This document shows positions 38,140 to 47,750 of a stretch of 64,000 nt of DNA, in pieces. Numbering within the stretch: position 1 is the first letter of the stretch; the number at the start of each line of letters is the position of its first letter. Source of the DNA: Candidatus Latescibacterota bacterium (GTDB taxonomy: Bacteria > Latescibacterota > UBA2968 > UBA8231); assembly GCA_965248355.1 (NCBI GenBank), contig OZ252098.1, positions 3,328,001-3,392,000 on the forward strand, written 5' to 3'. Under the pieces are notes generated by a model that was not told the origin of the DNA, did not search any database, and was given only the letters and a program-made list of their open reading frames with translations. A program made the translations under genes and the position numbers.

Positions 38140-39414
38140 TCACCGCGGTTTCAGACATCCGTAGAACACGTCGTTGCTGTTGCCGTCCAGGGGACCGGTC
38201 CAACAGGCGTCGATGACTTCGGCGCGGGTGGCGCCGGCGCGGGTCGAGCTGAGGAACAGGTGCCAAAGGGGCCCCACGCCCTCGAGTTTCACCGGCTCGC
38301 TGACGCGGCCCCAGTCGCCGGGATCCCCGGCGGCGTACCACACCGACTCGGCCGCCGAGCGACGGCCCCGGGTAAGCAGGTAGTGGATGCGTCCGTCCGG
38401 GGTCTGGTAGAGGCGGCCGCTGTTGAAGACCCCCAGGCACCAGGCCCGGAAGGGGCCGCCCGGCGGTCCCACGGCGTGGTAGAGGCGCGCGCGGCCCGGA
38501 TCCTGATCCGTGGCCGCCCACACGCTGCGGGCCGGCTGGCGGTTCTCGTAATAGATCAGATGGATCAGCCCCTCGTCGTCGGCGAACAGGTCCTGGTGGT
38601 CGGTGGTGCCGCGCACTCCCGAGTCCTCGTCGAAGGTGTCGCTCACGTCGCTGACCAGCGTGCACCGCCAGTCTCCGGGGGAGCCCGGCAGGTCGGGGTT
38701 GTAGTAGTACCAGGCCTTCAGGACCGGGTAGATGCCCCGGGGTGTCCGCTGCGTGCGGGTGCCGCCCGTGGCCGGATCGGGCAGGGTGATCCGCTGGCTG
38801 GGAAAACGGTCACCGGCGAGAAAGTAGTCGTCGGAGCACAAGGTGTGGGCGGCGCCGTCCTGAAAGAGGACGAACTGGTAACCGCGATCGGTGGGATGCC
38901 GGATCTCTCCCTCGGCGGCCGGGGCGAAGTCCGCGGAGCCGTCGAGGACGTACCAGGCCAGGCGCGGCAGCCCTCCGGAGACCAGCAGGCGGTCGCGGCC
39001 GTCCATGGCGGCGCCGAAGCGGGAATCGGCGCTGACGCGCCGGCGCAACTCCCAGCGATCGAGACGGCCGGGCTCGTCGAAGCGCACGTGCCAGCTGGCG
39101 CACTCGCCGCCGATGACGTGCAGCCGCCGCGACGAGTCGACCAGGAGGTTTCCGCTCTGGGGGACCGGGGGCAGCACGGGGCCCTCCTCCCAGGTCCCGC
39201 CCGGCAACCGCCGGAAGACGCACAGGGTAAGGTCGTCGCGCCAGCTGAGAGCGTGGAGATCGTCGCCGCAGCGGACCAGGTTGGACTGGTTGTAGCCCCA
39301 GCCGCTGGCGCCGCTGCCGCCCGAGAGCCGGTGCCCGGCGGTGTCCGTTATGGCCTCGACGCGCCAGTCGAAGCGCGCCTGGGCGCCGAGACGAACCTCC
39401 GGCCGCTCATCCAT
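38140..39414 (-). CDS. hypothetical protein (beta-rich, possible propeller)
   Basis: 424-aa ORF with host-like codon usage heading the minus-strand operon. Confidence 0.6.
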   Translation of the reverse strand: MDERPEVRLGAQARFDWRVEAITDTAGHRLSGGSGASGWGYNQSNLVRCGDDLHALSWRDDLTLCVFRRLPGGTWEEGPVLPPVPQSGNLLVDSSRRLHVIGGECASWHVRFDEPGRLDRWELRRRVSADSRFGAAMDGRDRLLVSGGLPRLAWYVLDGSADFAPAAEGEIRHPTDRGYQFVLFQDGAAHTLCSDDYFLAGDRFPSQRITLPDPATGGTRTQRTPRGIYPVLKAWYYYNPDLPGSPGDWRCTLVSDVSDTFDEDSGVRGTTDHQDLFADDEGLIHLIYYENRQPARSVWAATDQDPGRARLYHAVGPPGGPFRAWCLGVFNSGRLYQTPDGRIHYLLTRGRRSAAESVWYAAGDPGDWGRVSEPVKLEGVGPLWHLFLSSTRAGATRAEVIDACWTGPLDGNSNDVFYGCLKPR

Positions 39415-39437
39415 GGGGGTTCACGAGGGCAATGGCC

Positions 39438-40612
39438 TAGTGTCCCGTCCGAGAATTAAGAAGAATCAACAAGGGCTGTCCGATGTCGCCGCCACCGTCT
39501 CCCGAGCGCGCTGGATCTTGCGCAGGATGGTCTCGCCGTCGGCCTTCCAGCGGTAGGGTTTGGGGGCCAAGTTCCGCTGCGCCAAGTAGGCTTCGATGTC
39601 GCGCACCAACTCCCCGACGCTGGCAAAGCTGCCGTCCCGAATCACATCCTGCGTCAGCTCGCCGAAGAACCGTTCGACCAAGTTCATCCAGGAGGAACTG
39701 GTGGGGGTGAAATGGACATGGAAGCGCCGATGCCGAGACAACCAATGCTGCACGCTCTCCTCCTTGTGGGGGCCGGCGTTGTCCACGATCAGGTGCAGCG
39801 ACAGGTTCTTGGGCGTCTCGCGGTCGATCTGCTTGAGAAAGCGGAGCCATTCGACGTGGGTATGACGCGCCTCCAGACGCGCGATGAGCTTGCCGTCGAG
39901 GTAGTTGAGCGCGGCGAACAAGGTGATCGTACCGTGGCGCTTGTAATCGTGGGTCCGGGTGCGGATGTCGCCGATCCCCAGCGGCAAGCCCGGCTGGGTC
40001 CGTTCCAGCGCCTGGCACTGGCTCTTCTCGTCACAGCACAGCACCAGCGCGCGCTCGGGGGGATCCAGGTAGAGCCCGATCACGTCCCAGAATTTTTCCT
40101 CGAAGTGCGGGTCCGTGGAGACCTTGAAGGTCTTGGTCAAATGGGGCTTGATGTCGTTGGCCTTCCAGATCCGGTGCACGCTGTCCGGCGACATCCCCGC
40201 CGCCTGGGCCATCGAGCGCACGCTCCAGCGCGTGCGCGGCTTCGGCGGCTGCGTGACCGCGGTGAGGACCTGCTCGACCTTGTCCGCCGGCAAGCTCGCC
40301 GGCCGGCCCCGGCCCTTGGCGTCGTTCAGTCCCGCCAAACCCTCGCGATCAAAGCGTTGCGACCACTTGTTCACACACGCCACACTGGCGCCCAACTCGG
40401 CGGCCACCTGCACCTGCTTGATCCCTTCGGCCCGGCGCAGGACGATGGCCGCGCGCAGGCTGTCGCGCTGGGACGCGGAGGGGGCCCTGACGCGACGCTC
40501 CAACTCCTGTCGCTCGGACGCGGTCAACTCAAGGCGGGACACCGGGCGGGCCATGGCCTGAAGATAAGGCCTTGACTCTGTTTTTACAACTCATTTGTCG
40601 GACGCGACACTA
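39438..40612 (-). mobile_element. IS630-family insertion sequence
   Basis: Inverted ends CTAGTGTCCCGTCCGAGAATTAAG / CTAGTGTCGCGTCCGACAAATGAG (20/24 including the flanking CTA); duplicated TA at 39438-39439 and 40611-40612. Confidence 0.92.
39466..40554 (-). CDS. IS630 transposase
   Basis: N-terminal HTH, RWS, DDE residues CCDEKS, IVDN and NLVERFF; YKRHGT. Confidence 0.95.
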   Translation of the reverse strand: MARPVSRLELTASERQELERRVRAPSASQRDSLRAAIVLRRAEGIKQVQVAAELGASVACVNKWSQRFDREGLAGLNDAKGRGRPASLPADKVEQVLTAVTQPPKPRTRWSVRSMAQAAGMSPDSVHRIWKANDIKPHLTKTFKVSTDPHFEEKFWDVIGLYLDPPERALVLCCDEKSQCQALERTQPGLPLGIGDIRTRTHDYKRHGTITLFAALNYLDGKLIARLEARHTHVEWLRFLKQIDRETPKNLSLHLIVDNAGPHKEESVQHWLSRHRRFHVHFTPTSSSWMNLVERFFGELTQDVIRDGSFASVGELVRDIEAYLAQRNLAPKPYRWKADGETILRKIQRARETVAATSDSPC

Positions 40613-41011
40613 GTAGTCCCCCCGCTCCATGAGAGTCGTGATCCTCTGCGACCCCCCAGTTCTGAGAGTGCCGAGGAATTCGCGTAACGGGATGAGATCT
40701 TCAGACAGGGAGAAATGCATGTCCAGCTCGGCGCTCCGGAAGGCCCTGGCGAAATTACGCACCTTCAATGCGAAGACACGGTCGAAGAGTTTGTCCCGCA
40801 ACAACAGGTCAGCACGCCGCGCGGACAGCACATACCAATCGGCATTCAGAATGCGCGCCAGCGTTTGCTCGTAGACTTCATCACCCTTGTCGACCATGTA
40901 ATTGATGGCCGCGTCCTCAAAGTCTCTACAAGGGCAATCGTCTCGACGAGTGGTGAGCTCAACTGCTCACCGACCGCGGCACCAGTCAGATGAGGTACGC
41001 CTACAATGGAG

Positions 41012-42568
41012 GGGTGTAGCCTTCACTTTACGCAGATTGTCGATAAAAGGGGGACCCCAAGTCCGGGCACGAATGTATCTTTGGGTGTAAGGACTTACGC
41101 CCAAACCCGGAAAGGGGTCCCTGATGGAAGATACGAAGGATTTTCACGCTCGCCTGACAAAGTTCGAGGAAAATGTCCTCCAGTGGGAGCATCGCCTGCA
41201 ATCCCCGGAGGCCGGCCCGGAGGACTTTCGCGAGAGGGTGAGCGAGTTGCGAGATGCTTTGGACGACCTCGGTCGAATCGGTTTCCAACGGCTGGCGCAG
41301 GCGTGCGAGATCGCCGACGACACCGTGGTCCACCACGGTCGGGTCTACCGGTTCAAGCAAGTGGTCCACAAGGAATGGATGACCCTGTGGGGCAAGGTCC
41401 AGGTGCCGCGTCGGCTGTATCAGCCCGATCGGGGCGGCCCCAGCCGGGGGCCCTTGGATGAGCGCTGCGGCATGGTCCACCGATTCATGGTGCCGGCGCT
41501 GGAGCGTTTCACGGCCTTTCTGGGCGCCCGCCTGGTCCCGGCCGAAGTCGAGGCCAGCTTGGCCGAGCTGTTGCCGGCGTCCCCGTCGCGCACCGCCATT
41601 CAGCATCTGTTGACCACCGTCGGTCAGTACGCCGAGGACCACGCCGAGCAACTCGAGCTGGCCTTGCAGGAGGCGGCGCCCCTAAAGACCGAGGGCGACA
41701 CCCTGGTGGTCAGTTGGGACGGCGTCACCGTGCCGCTGCGGGAGCCGGCGCCGAAACGCGGACGGCCCGCCGAACGACCGACGGATCCCGACCCCGACCG
41801 CGCGCCCACCGCCTGGAAGGAGGCCGGGGTAGGGATGGTCGCCACGTATGGGACGCCGCTGGACCCGGCGACGGAAGACCCCCAACGCGTCGATGTGCGC
41901 TACGCCGCGCGCATGCCGGAGCCCAAGATGAAGACCCTGGTCCACGGCTTGGTGGAGGAGACGGCCCGGGCCCTGCAGCGGGGGGAGTATGACCACCGGG
42001 TGGTGTTGGCCGACGGCCAGCGCCAGATCTGGCGCAGCGTGGATCGGCAGCCGGTGTTCGACGGCTTCACCCGGATTCTCGACTTCTATCACGCGGCCCA
42101 CCACCTGTCAAAGGCCGCCGAGCCCCTCTTCGGCAAGCGGTCGTCGAAAGCGGCTCGCTGGTACCGATCCTGGCGGCACAAACTGCGTCATGAGCCCGGG
42201 GCCGTTCAGGGCCTGATCCGCTCCCTGGCCTACCACCGCCGCAACCTTCGTCCCGGCTCCCAACGCCATCGTCAGGTGACCACCGAGCTGGGCTACTTCC
42301 GGAACAACCGGGACAAGATGGACTACGCGCGCTATCGCGCTTCGGGGTTGATCCTCTCCAGTGGTCCCGTGGAGGCCGCCGCCAAGACCCTGGTCGGCCA
42401 TCGACTCAAACGCAGCGGCATGCGCTGGACCCGCCAAGGAGGCCAGCAGATCCTCAATCTACGAGTCCACGTGCAATCCCAACGATGGGAGGCCTTCTGG
42501 AACTGGTACCTCCATCAGACTACACAACAGACCGACAAGACGGCTGCGTAAAACCGAGGCTACACCCC
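41012..42568 (+). mobile_element. ISKra4/ISLre2-like (UPF0236) insertion sequence
   Basis: IRs GGGGTGTAGCCT-N4-TTTACGCAG (21/25); 6-bp direct repeat AATGGA at 41006-41011 and 42569-42574. Confidence 0.9.
41124..42551 (+). CDS. ISKra4-family transposase
   Basis: SWDGV, LADG, LDFYHAAHHL, MDY..YR, SGPVEAAAK, RLKRSGMRW. Confidence 0.9.
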   Translation: MEDTKDFHARLTKFEENVLQWEHRLQSPEAGPEDFRERVSELRDALDDLGRIGFQRLAQACEIADDTVVHHGRVYRFKQVVHKEWMTLWGKVQVPRRLYQPDRGGPSRGPLDERCGMVHRFMVPALERFTAFLGARLVPAEVEASLAELLPASPSRTAIQHLLTTVGQYAEDHAEQLELALQEAAPLKTEGDTLVVSWDGVTVPLREPAPKRGRPAERPTDPDPDRAPTAWKEAGVGMVATYGTPLDPATEDPQRVDVRYAARMPEPKMKTLVHGLVEETARALQRGEYDHRVVLADGQRQIWRSVDRQPVFDGFTRILDFYHAAHHLSKAAEPLFGKRSSKAARWYRSWRHKLRHEPGAVQGLIRSLAYHRRNLRPGSQRHRQVTTELGYFRNNRDKMDYARYRASGLILSSGPVEAAAKTLVGHRLKRSGMRWTRQGGQQILNLRVHVQSQRWEAFWNWYLHQTTQQTDKTAA

Positions 42569-43124
42569 AATGGAGAAGAAGTACGGCAGTTTCTCCTCCT
42601 GCTGTTTGATGAGTGCTCCATTGATCTTGTAGGTCGCCAGGGCGAAACAGTCCTGTGGTTCGAGGCCGACCAACTCGCGAGCTCGCCTGAACTGAGCTCC
42701 ATGGAATTTGATATTGATCCGGTAAATCGGTCTTCCACGTCCGTTGTACAAACGGTAGTCGGTATCGGTCCTGCCCTCCCCAAGTCTCGCAACTCAAACT
42801 CGTCGGATTCCATTTCTGTCTTGTAGATCCGCTCAAAGGCCAATTCGGCACATCGCCCCAGGAGCAATCCGCCGAGCATCTGCGCTGACCTCTGCCGATT
42901 GGCTACAGTTACCTCTCTCAGGCCCACGTGCAGAAGCTCCCTTACGGGGTCCTCCGAGTCGACCGCAGCCTTCACGCTCCTGACAGTTGTCCCGACATGT
43001 CTTGCCGCCTCAGCCGGAGTGGCACCCTCGTTGACCAGGTTCACGGCCTTGAGTACATGAAAGGGCTTGGGCCATTGATGGTTCCCGAACAATGCCTCAA
43101 TTGTCTGGAGAAGTTCGGCGCGAG

Positions 43125-44075
43125 TCACTGCAATTCCATACCAAACCGGAGAGCCGAGTCTTGCAGGTATTCTTCGCAGGAGTCAATGGCCAGCCATCGA
43201 CGAGCAAGAGACTCGGCAACCATCCCCGTTGTATTGCTACCCGAAAATGGATCAAGGACAAGCGCTTCTTCCTCGGTCAGCATCTTGATAAAGAATTCAG
43301 GGAGAGCCGACGGAAAACGAGCCGGGTGCGCTTGTCGTCCCTTCGTTGCACATGTCCTCATATAATCCGAGTTGCTTTCGCTATTCCCTCGTTCAATCAT
43401 ATTGGAGGGAATGGCACCCCTGTTCTCTTTCTGGAACTTGCTTGTTATGTTGTGGCCGCTAGGCCTGCGTTTGGCCTTGTATCCTTTCTTGAACAGTCGC
43501 TTCATGTCATTGCTGTAGGGCACAAGCACTCTGCGATTGTCTGCGGCCGGCCACTCTGTCGGAGAGAGCCACCAAACGTACTCCACCGAGTCCTTTATGC
43601 GAATTCGCCTGACGTTCACCCACTCAGCCGGTGCCGGGAGCTTCGCAGGATTGCTCCAGAAACACTCCTGGGCCAAGTGAAAGCCGACATCTTCGCACAA
43701 GGCGATGAGTAACTTGAAATGGTATAGTGATCGTGTCGGGGTTCCCTTGTTGTAGCTTCCGCCGATGTTCAGGACGAAGCTGCCCTCGGGCTTGAGTATT
43801 CTGTGGATCTCCCTCGCAAATGGAAGAAACCAATCGACATACTCACTCTTCTCCGCGTTGCCGTACTCCTTCTTGAAGTGCAGGGCATAGGGCGGGGATG
43901 TAACGACCAGATCCATGGTGCCGGTGGGAAGTCGTGACATCAACTCTCGAGAGTCACCCAGGAAGGCCGCACCATAGGTCGTCTCGTACATGGGTTCGAC
44001 CCCGGGGAGAAGCTCGCGGGGATGGTCTTTCGAAGGACCAAAGAGCGTTGATTGGGGTGGTGCTGCTGTCGGCAT
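43125..44075 (-). CDS. site-specific DNA methyltransferase, beta class (probably N4-cytosine, PvuII-like)
   Basis: VTSPPY (motif IV) precedes HPARF and [11 protein letters not shown] (motif I); intact ORF; lower GC. Confidence 0.92.
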   Translation of the reverse strand: MPTAAPPQSTLFGPSKDHPRELLPGVEPMYETTYGAAFLGDSRELMSRLPTGTMDLVVTSPPYALHFKKEYGNAEKSEYVDWFLPFAREIHRILKPEGSFVLNIGGSYNKGTPTRSLYHFKLLIALCEDVGFHLAQECFWSNPAKLPAPAEWVNVRRIRIKDSVEYVWWLSPTEWPAADNRRVLVPYSNDMKRLFKKGYKAKRRPSGHNITSKFQKENRGAIPSNMIERGNSESNSDYMRTCATKGRQAHPARFPSALPEFFIKMLTEEEALVLDPFSGSNTTGMVAESLARRWLAIDSCEEYLQDSALRFGMELQ

Positions 44076-44244
44076 TGTGTCGGATCTCTAATGGGCTGGA
44101 AGGCGGTCGGCCAAGCTTGCCTTGTGCCAACCTAGGAGGGCCCTGTAACCGAGACCAGTTCTTTTTGGGACTCGACCTCGTGATTTGGCCGGTGCCCCCC
44201 GGAACTGCTACGGCCTCTCCCTGAATCAGACATGCCCCGGAGTC

Positions 44245-44904
44245 TCAGCTGTAGGGGGGCATGTGCAGGGCCAGGGCCAGGGAGACCTCGATGTCCGCGA
44301 TCGCCTGCGCCATGGCCTGGCTGATCAGGTCGAGGCCGCGCACCTGGTCGATGCGGGGGGCGATGTGCTCCACCTCGCGGGCGGAGAGGATCTGCTCGAA
44401 GAGGTTGCAGGCATGGGCCAGGCCGATGATCACCACGTCCCGCGGCGTGGGGATCTGGTCGCTGAAGAGGATCTCCATGATCCGCAGCTTGACCTCGCGC
44501 TCGACCCGGTCGTCGATGACCGGGTAGCGCCGCGACCGGAAGACCCACAGGAACCGGTCCTCCTGGCGCTGCAGGATCCCCCGTTCCACCAGGCGGTCCA
44601 GGGGCCCCTGGCGGATCTCGTCGGCGCTGCGCAGGGCGGTGCGCTCCACCCAGAAGCGCGCGTCGTGGGTCTCCGTCGCCTCGGCGACGTCGGCCAGGGT
44701 GGGGTCGAGGAGGCTGTCGCCGAGGGGGCTCGAATCGACCAGCATGAGTTGCTTGAGGTCGGTGTCGATGCGGTTCTCCAGGGCCAGATCCATCAACACC
44801 CCGCCGGCGAGGGCGTAGCGCAACTGCCGGTCAGGTACCCGGGCGAACTTCCCGTCCTCGTCGTCGAGGATGAGCAGCATGAGCTCTTCCGGGAATCTCA
44901 GCAT
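44245..44904 (-). CDS. GPP34 (GOLPH3/VPS74) family protein
   Basis: EELMLLILDD, LAGGVLMDLALENRI, LVERGIL, RRYP. Confidence 0.85.
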   Translation of the reverse strand: MLRFPEELMLLILDDEDGKFARVPDRQLRYALAGGVLMDLALENRIDTDLKQLMLVDSSPLGDSLLDPTLADVAEATETHDARFWVERTALRSADEIRQGPLDRLVERGILQRQEDRFLWVFRSRRYPVIDDRVEREVKLRIMEILFSDQIPTPRDVVIIGLAHACNLFEQILSAREVEHIAPRIDQVRGLDLISQAMAQAIADIEVSLALALHMPPYS

Positions 44905-45017
44905 GGAAGTCGGCCCCTGTCGTTAGGTTAGATTTCGAGTGCTTCCCGTACTCCTGGGACATCGCCAAAGTTGGCGCACCTGCCGGGCAGCGGCAAGGCA
45001 CAAGCGAGGGGTGAGAC

Positions 45018-45841
45018 ATGGCATTCTCCTACTGCCTCAACACCAGCACCATCCGCAGCGAAGGCCTCTCGATCGTGGACGCCATCGACACCGCCGCCGA
45101 CGCCGGCTGGGACGGCATCGAGCCGTGGGTCCAGGAGCTGGACGACTGGGTGGCCGGCGGCGGGACCCTGGGGCAGGTCCGCGCCCGGGCCCGGGAGCGG
45201 AACCTGGGCATCGTCAACCTCATCGGCTTTCCGGAGTGGGCGGTGCCGGAGGACGACCGGCGGCCCGCGGGCTGGAGGAGGCCGCCCGCTGCTTCGAGAT
45301 GGCCCGCGAGCTGGGCTGCCCCCACCTGACCGCCCCGCCCTCCGGGATCCACGACCGCCGGGTGGAGCTGCGCCCCGTGGCCGAGCGCTTCGCCGCCCTC
45401 GTGGACCTGGCCGCCACGTCGGGAGTGACCCCGCTGCTGGAGTTCTGGGGAATCGCGCAGACCCTGGGCACCGCGGGCGAGACCCTGCTGGTGGCCGCGG
45501 AGTGCGGGCGGCCGGGGGTGCGATTGCTGGCCGATGTCTTCCACATGTACAAGGGCAGCGGCCACCACTTCGGATTCGAGCACTTCGGCGGCGGCCGCCT
45601 GGGCCTCGTGCACGTGAACGACTACCCGGCGGCGCCGGCCCGGACCGAGGTGACCGACGCCGACCGGGTCTATCCGGGAGACGGGCTGGCCCCCTGGCCG
45701 CGGATCGTCGCCATGCTGGAGGCCATCGGCTACGACGGCATGCTCTCGCTGGAGCTCTTCAACGAGAGCTACCGCGCCAGGGGTCCGGCGACCGTGGCCC
45801 GCGAGGGCCTGGAGAAGCTGAAACGCTGTGTGGAGGGGTAG
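45018..45841 (+). pseudogene. sugar-phosphate isomerase/epimerase (xylose-isomerase TIM barrel); -1 frameshift near 45263
   Basis: LNTSTIR..GIEPW in frame 1; ARGLEE..LEFWG, DVFH, HVND, DRVYPGDG, SLELF in frame 2; one missing G restores the frame. Confidence 0.8.
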
Positions 45842-45942
45842 GTGGGGCTGGATGGGGCTGACCGGGGGAAGCCACCGGCCGGAGCTTGCCTGTTCTGTAG
45901 AAAATAGCCTCCAGGGCTCTTCGCGTCAAATCAGAAAGATTC

Positions 45943-45974
45943 GTAAGTGTAGTACTTACAAATAGTTATTGACA
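45943..45974 (+). promoter_or_regulatory. AT-rich regulatory patch: GTAAGT-N5-ACTTAC palindrome followed by TTGACA
   Basis: Palindrome 45943-45959; IHF-like CAA-N4-TTA at 45959-45968; -35 at 45969-45974; no good -10 seen. Confidence 0.4.
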
Positions 45975-46026
45975 TTCTTCACTCCTGGCTTCTTCTTCGT
46001 ATTGCCCGCAGAAGGAGGTGCCTGGA

Positions 46027-46800
46027 ATGGCCGATGCCCGTGATTCCTCTTCGTCCGAAGCCGTCCGCGTCGAAGGATCCCTCGTCCGCTCCGGAGACTG
46101 GTCGAAGAGCCTGTCCGAGCTCTCTGCCGACAGCCGGCAGCTCCACCAACTGCTGGCCGGGAAGCGCTTCGACGAGGCCCGCGCCCTCCTCAGGTCCCGG
46201 TCCGCCGAGGAGCAGGCCGCCCTCGTCTCCATCGACGCCGACCCCGAGCAGGTCCTGGCCCTGACCGCCTCCGACCGCCGGGGTCTGCCCGCCTACAGCC
46301 GCGACGTGGTGGACCGGCTGCCGTCCGAGCTGCTCGCCCGGCTCGCCGCCCCCGGCGACCGTCACAGCCGCTACAACCCCGAGATCCTGCGGGCCATGTC
46401 GCCGCAGGTCTTCGACCGCGCCGTCCGGGACGTGCTCGATCCCATCGACAACCCCGACCTGCGCACCCGGGTGGCCTGGGAGTGGCTCGAGGCCGTCGCC
46501 GCCATCGGCGACCCGAACCAGGCGGCCCCGCTGCTGCGCGGCGTCGATCCCGCCGCCCTGGAGGACGCGGTCATGGACCGGCTGACCGACCTCGACCTGG
46601 GAGGCACACTGCCGGGTACCGAGGTCGCCGCCGTCAGCCGCTACCAGGCCCTGACCGAGGGCTTCGCCGGGGACCGGCCCGGGGAGTACGTCGCGGATCC
46701 GGCCACGGCGGAGGTCCTCGATGCCCTGTGGGAGGCGGCGCCCGAGCTGCTGGCGCCGGCGGTCGTCAACGCCACCCGCCGCCTCCACGGCACCGGATGA
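46027..46800 (+). CDS. hypothetical alpha-helical protein
   Basis: RBS AGGAGGT; host codon usage; ATGA overlap with the next gene. Confidence 0.7.
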   Translation: MADARDSSSSEAVRVEGSLVRSGDWSKSLSELSADSRQLHQLLAGKRFDEARALLRSRSAEEQAALVSIDADPEQVLALTASDRRGLPAYSRDVVDRLPSELLARLAAPGDRHSRYNPEILRAMSPQVFDRAVRDVLDPIDNPDLRTRVAWEWLEAVAAIGDPNQAAPLLRGVDPAALEDAVMDRLTDLDLGGTLPGTEVAAVSRYQALTEGFAGDRPGEYVADPATAEVLDALWEAAPELLAPAVVNATRRLHGTG

Positions 46801-47744
46801 CCAGCCTTGCACACCCCGATCTCAACCGCATCGCGGCCGGCACCGACCGCTTCCTGGGGCGGGTCCTGCTCATCGGACGAGAGCACGGCCGGCTGCCCCG
46901 GGGCCTGGAGGACGGACTGATGGCCTTTCTCCGCCTCCACGCCAGCGGCCACGCCCGGCGGTACCGCACCGGCATCGCCATCGACCGGGACTCCCTAGAG
47001 GCCGGCGTGCGGCAGGGCTTCACCTGCCTCGAGGCGGGACTCGAGGGCGCTGCCCGGGGCGACGTGGAGCAGGCCATCGACCAGCTCGCCGTGGCCGACC
47101 TGGAGGATCTGCGGCGGCAGGGCTGGGAACGGATCTGGAACACTCTCGACGAGATGCGCCGGGAATCGGCGGGACATCTGCGCAGCCCCTGGTCGGCGCT
47201 GCAGGACCCGTGGAGGCCGGAGCTCGAACGCTGGACGACGCTGGTCCCGGAGTCCTGGACCGCCACCGACGGCGGCGATTCGCCCGAGCCCGTCGACCCG
47301 GCGGGGGAGTTCGCCCGCTACGTCCACGTGTCGGAGCGGGTGCGTTTCCTCGACAGCCTGCCCGAAGACGCCCTCCGGCCCCTGCTGCGGAAGTGGCATC
47401 CCCCGGCCGACTTCGCGCTGCTCCTGCGGCACCTGGTCGCGGCCCTGGCCCTTGACCGGCTGCGCCTGCCGGTGGCCCGGGCCGGCCTCGAACGCTTCGC
47501 GAGCGCTTGCTTCGAGGGCTCGGCGATGCCCGCCGCGACGCGGGCGAAGGTCCTGCAGCAGCTCGAGGGCCATGTGAAGGCCCAGCCGCCCGACACCACC
47601 CGGGAGCGGCCGACCCTGCCACTCCCCCGGGGGCGGGTCACGGTGCTGAAGGAGACGGTGGGACAGATCGAACTGCTGGAGAAGGCCGATGGGCCTTCCC
47701 GGATCGCCCTGCTGCAGTTGCCGGGCCCTGCGCAGCGGCGCTGA
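46797..47744 (+). CDS. hypothetical alpha-helical protein
   Basis: Coupled start MTSLAHPDL; stops 6 bp from the convergent hydantoinase B gene. Confidence 0.65.
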   Translation: MTSLAHPDLNRIAAGTDRFLGRVLLIGREHGRLPRGLEDGLMAFLRLHASGHARRYRTGIAIDRDSLEAGVRQGFTCLEAGLEGAARGDVEQAIDQLAVADLEDLRRQGWERIWNTLDEMRRESAGHLRSPWSALQDPWRPELERWTTLVPESWTATDGGDSPEPVDPAGEFARYVHVSERVRFLDSLPEDALRPLLRKWHPPADFALLLRHLVAALALDRLRLPVARAGLERFASACFEGSAMPAATRAKVLQQLEGHVKAQPPDTTRERPTLPLPRGRVTVLKETVGQIELLEKADGPSRIALLQLPGPAQRR

Positions 47745-47750
47745 GCCGCC

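Larger units (their letters stand above)
40610..43128 (-). pseudogene. putative restriction endonuclease (HTH + nuclease-like), disrupted
   Basis: GTGA-coupled to the MTase; -1 frameshift near 42780; ISKra4 splits PYFFSI|VGVPHL; second frameshift near 40930; C-terminus 40897-40610 with IS630 in the TAG stop. Confidence 0.7.

Noticed and set aside
40610..40897. Stand-alone 95-aa gene; likewise 42560-42751
   Set aside because: Better explained as fragments of the disrupted endonuclease gene.
39436..44135. CCTAG at both ends of the R-M island as attachment sites
   Set aside because: Only 5 bp, occurs elsewhere in the window, and the left copy is explained as the IS630 target.
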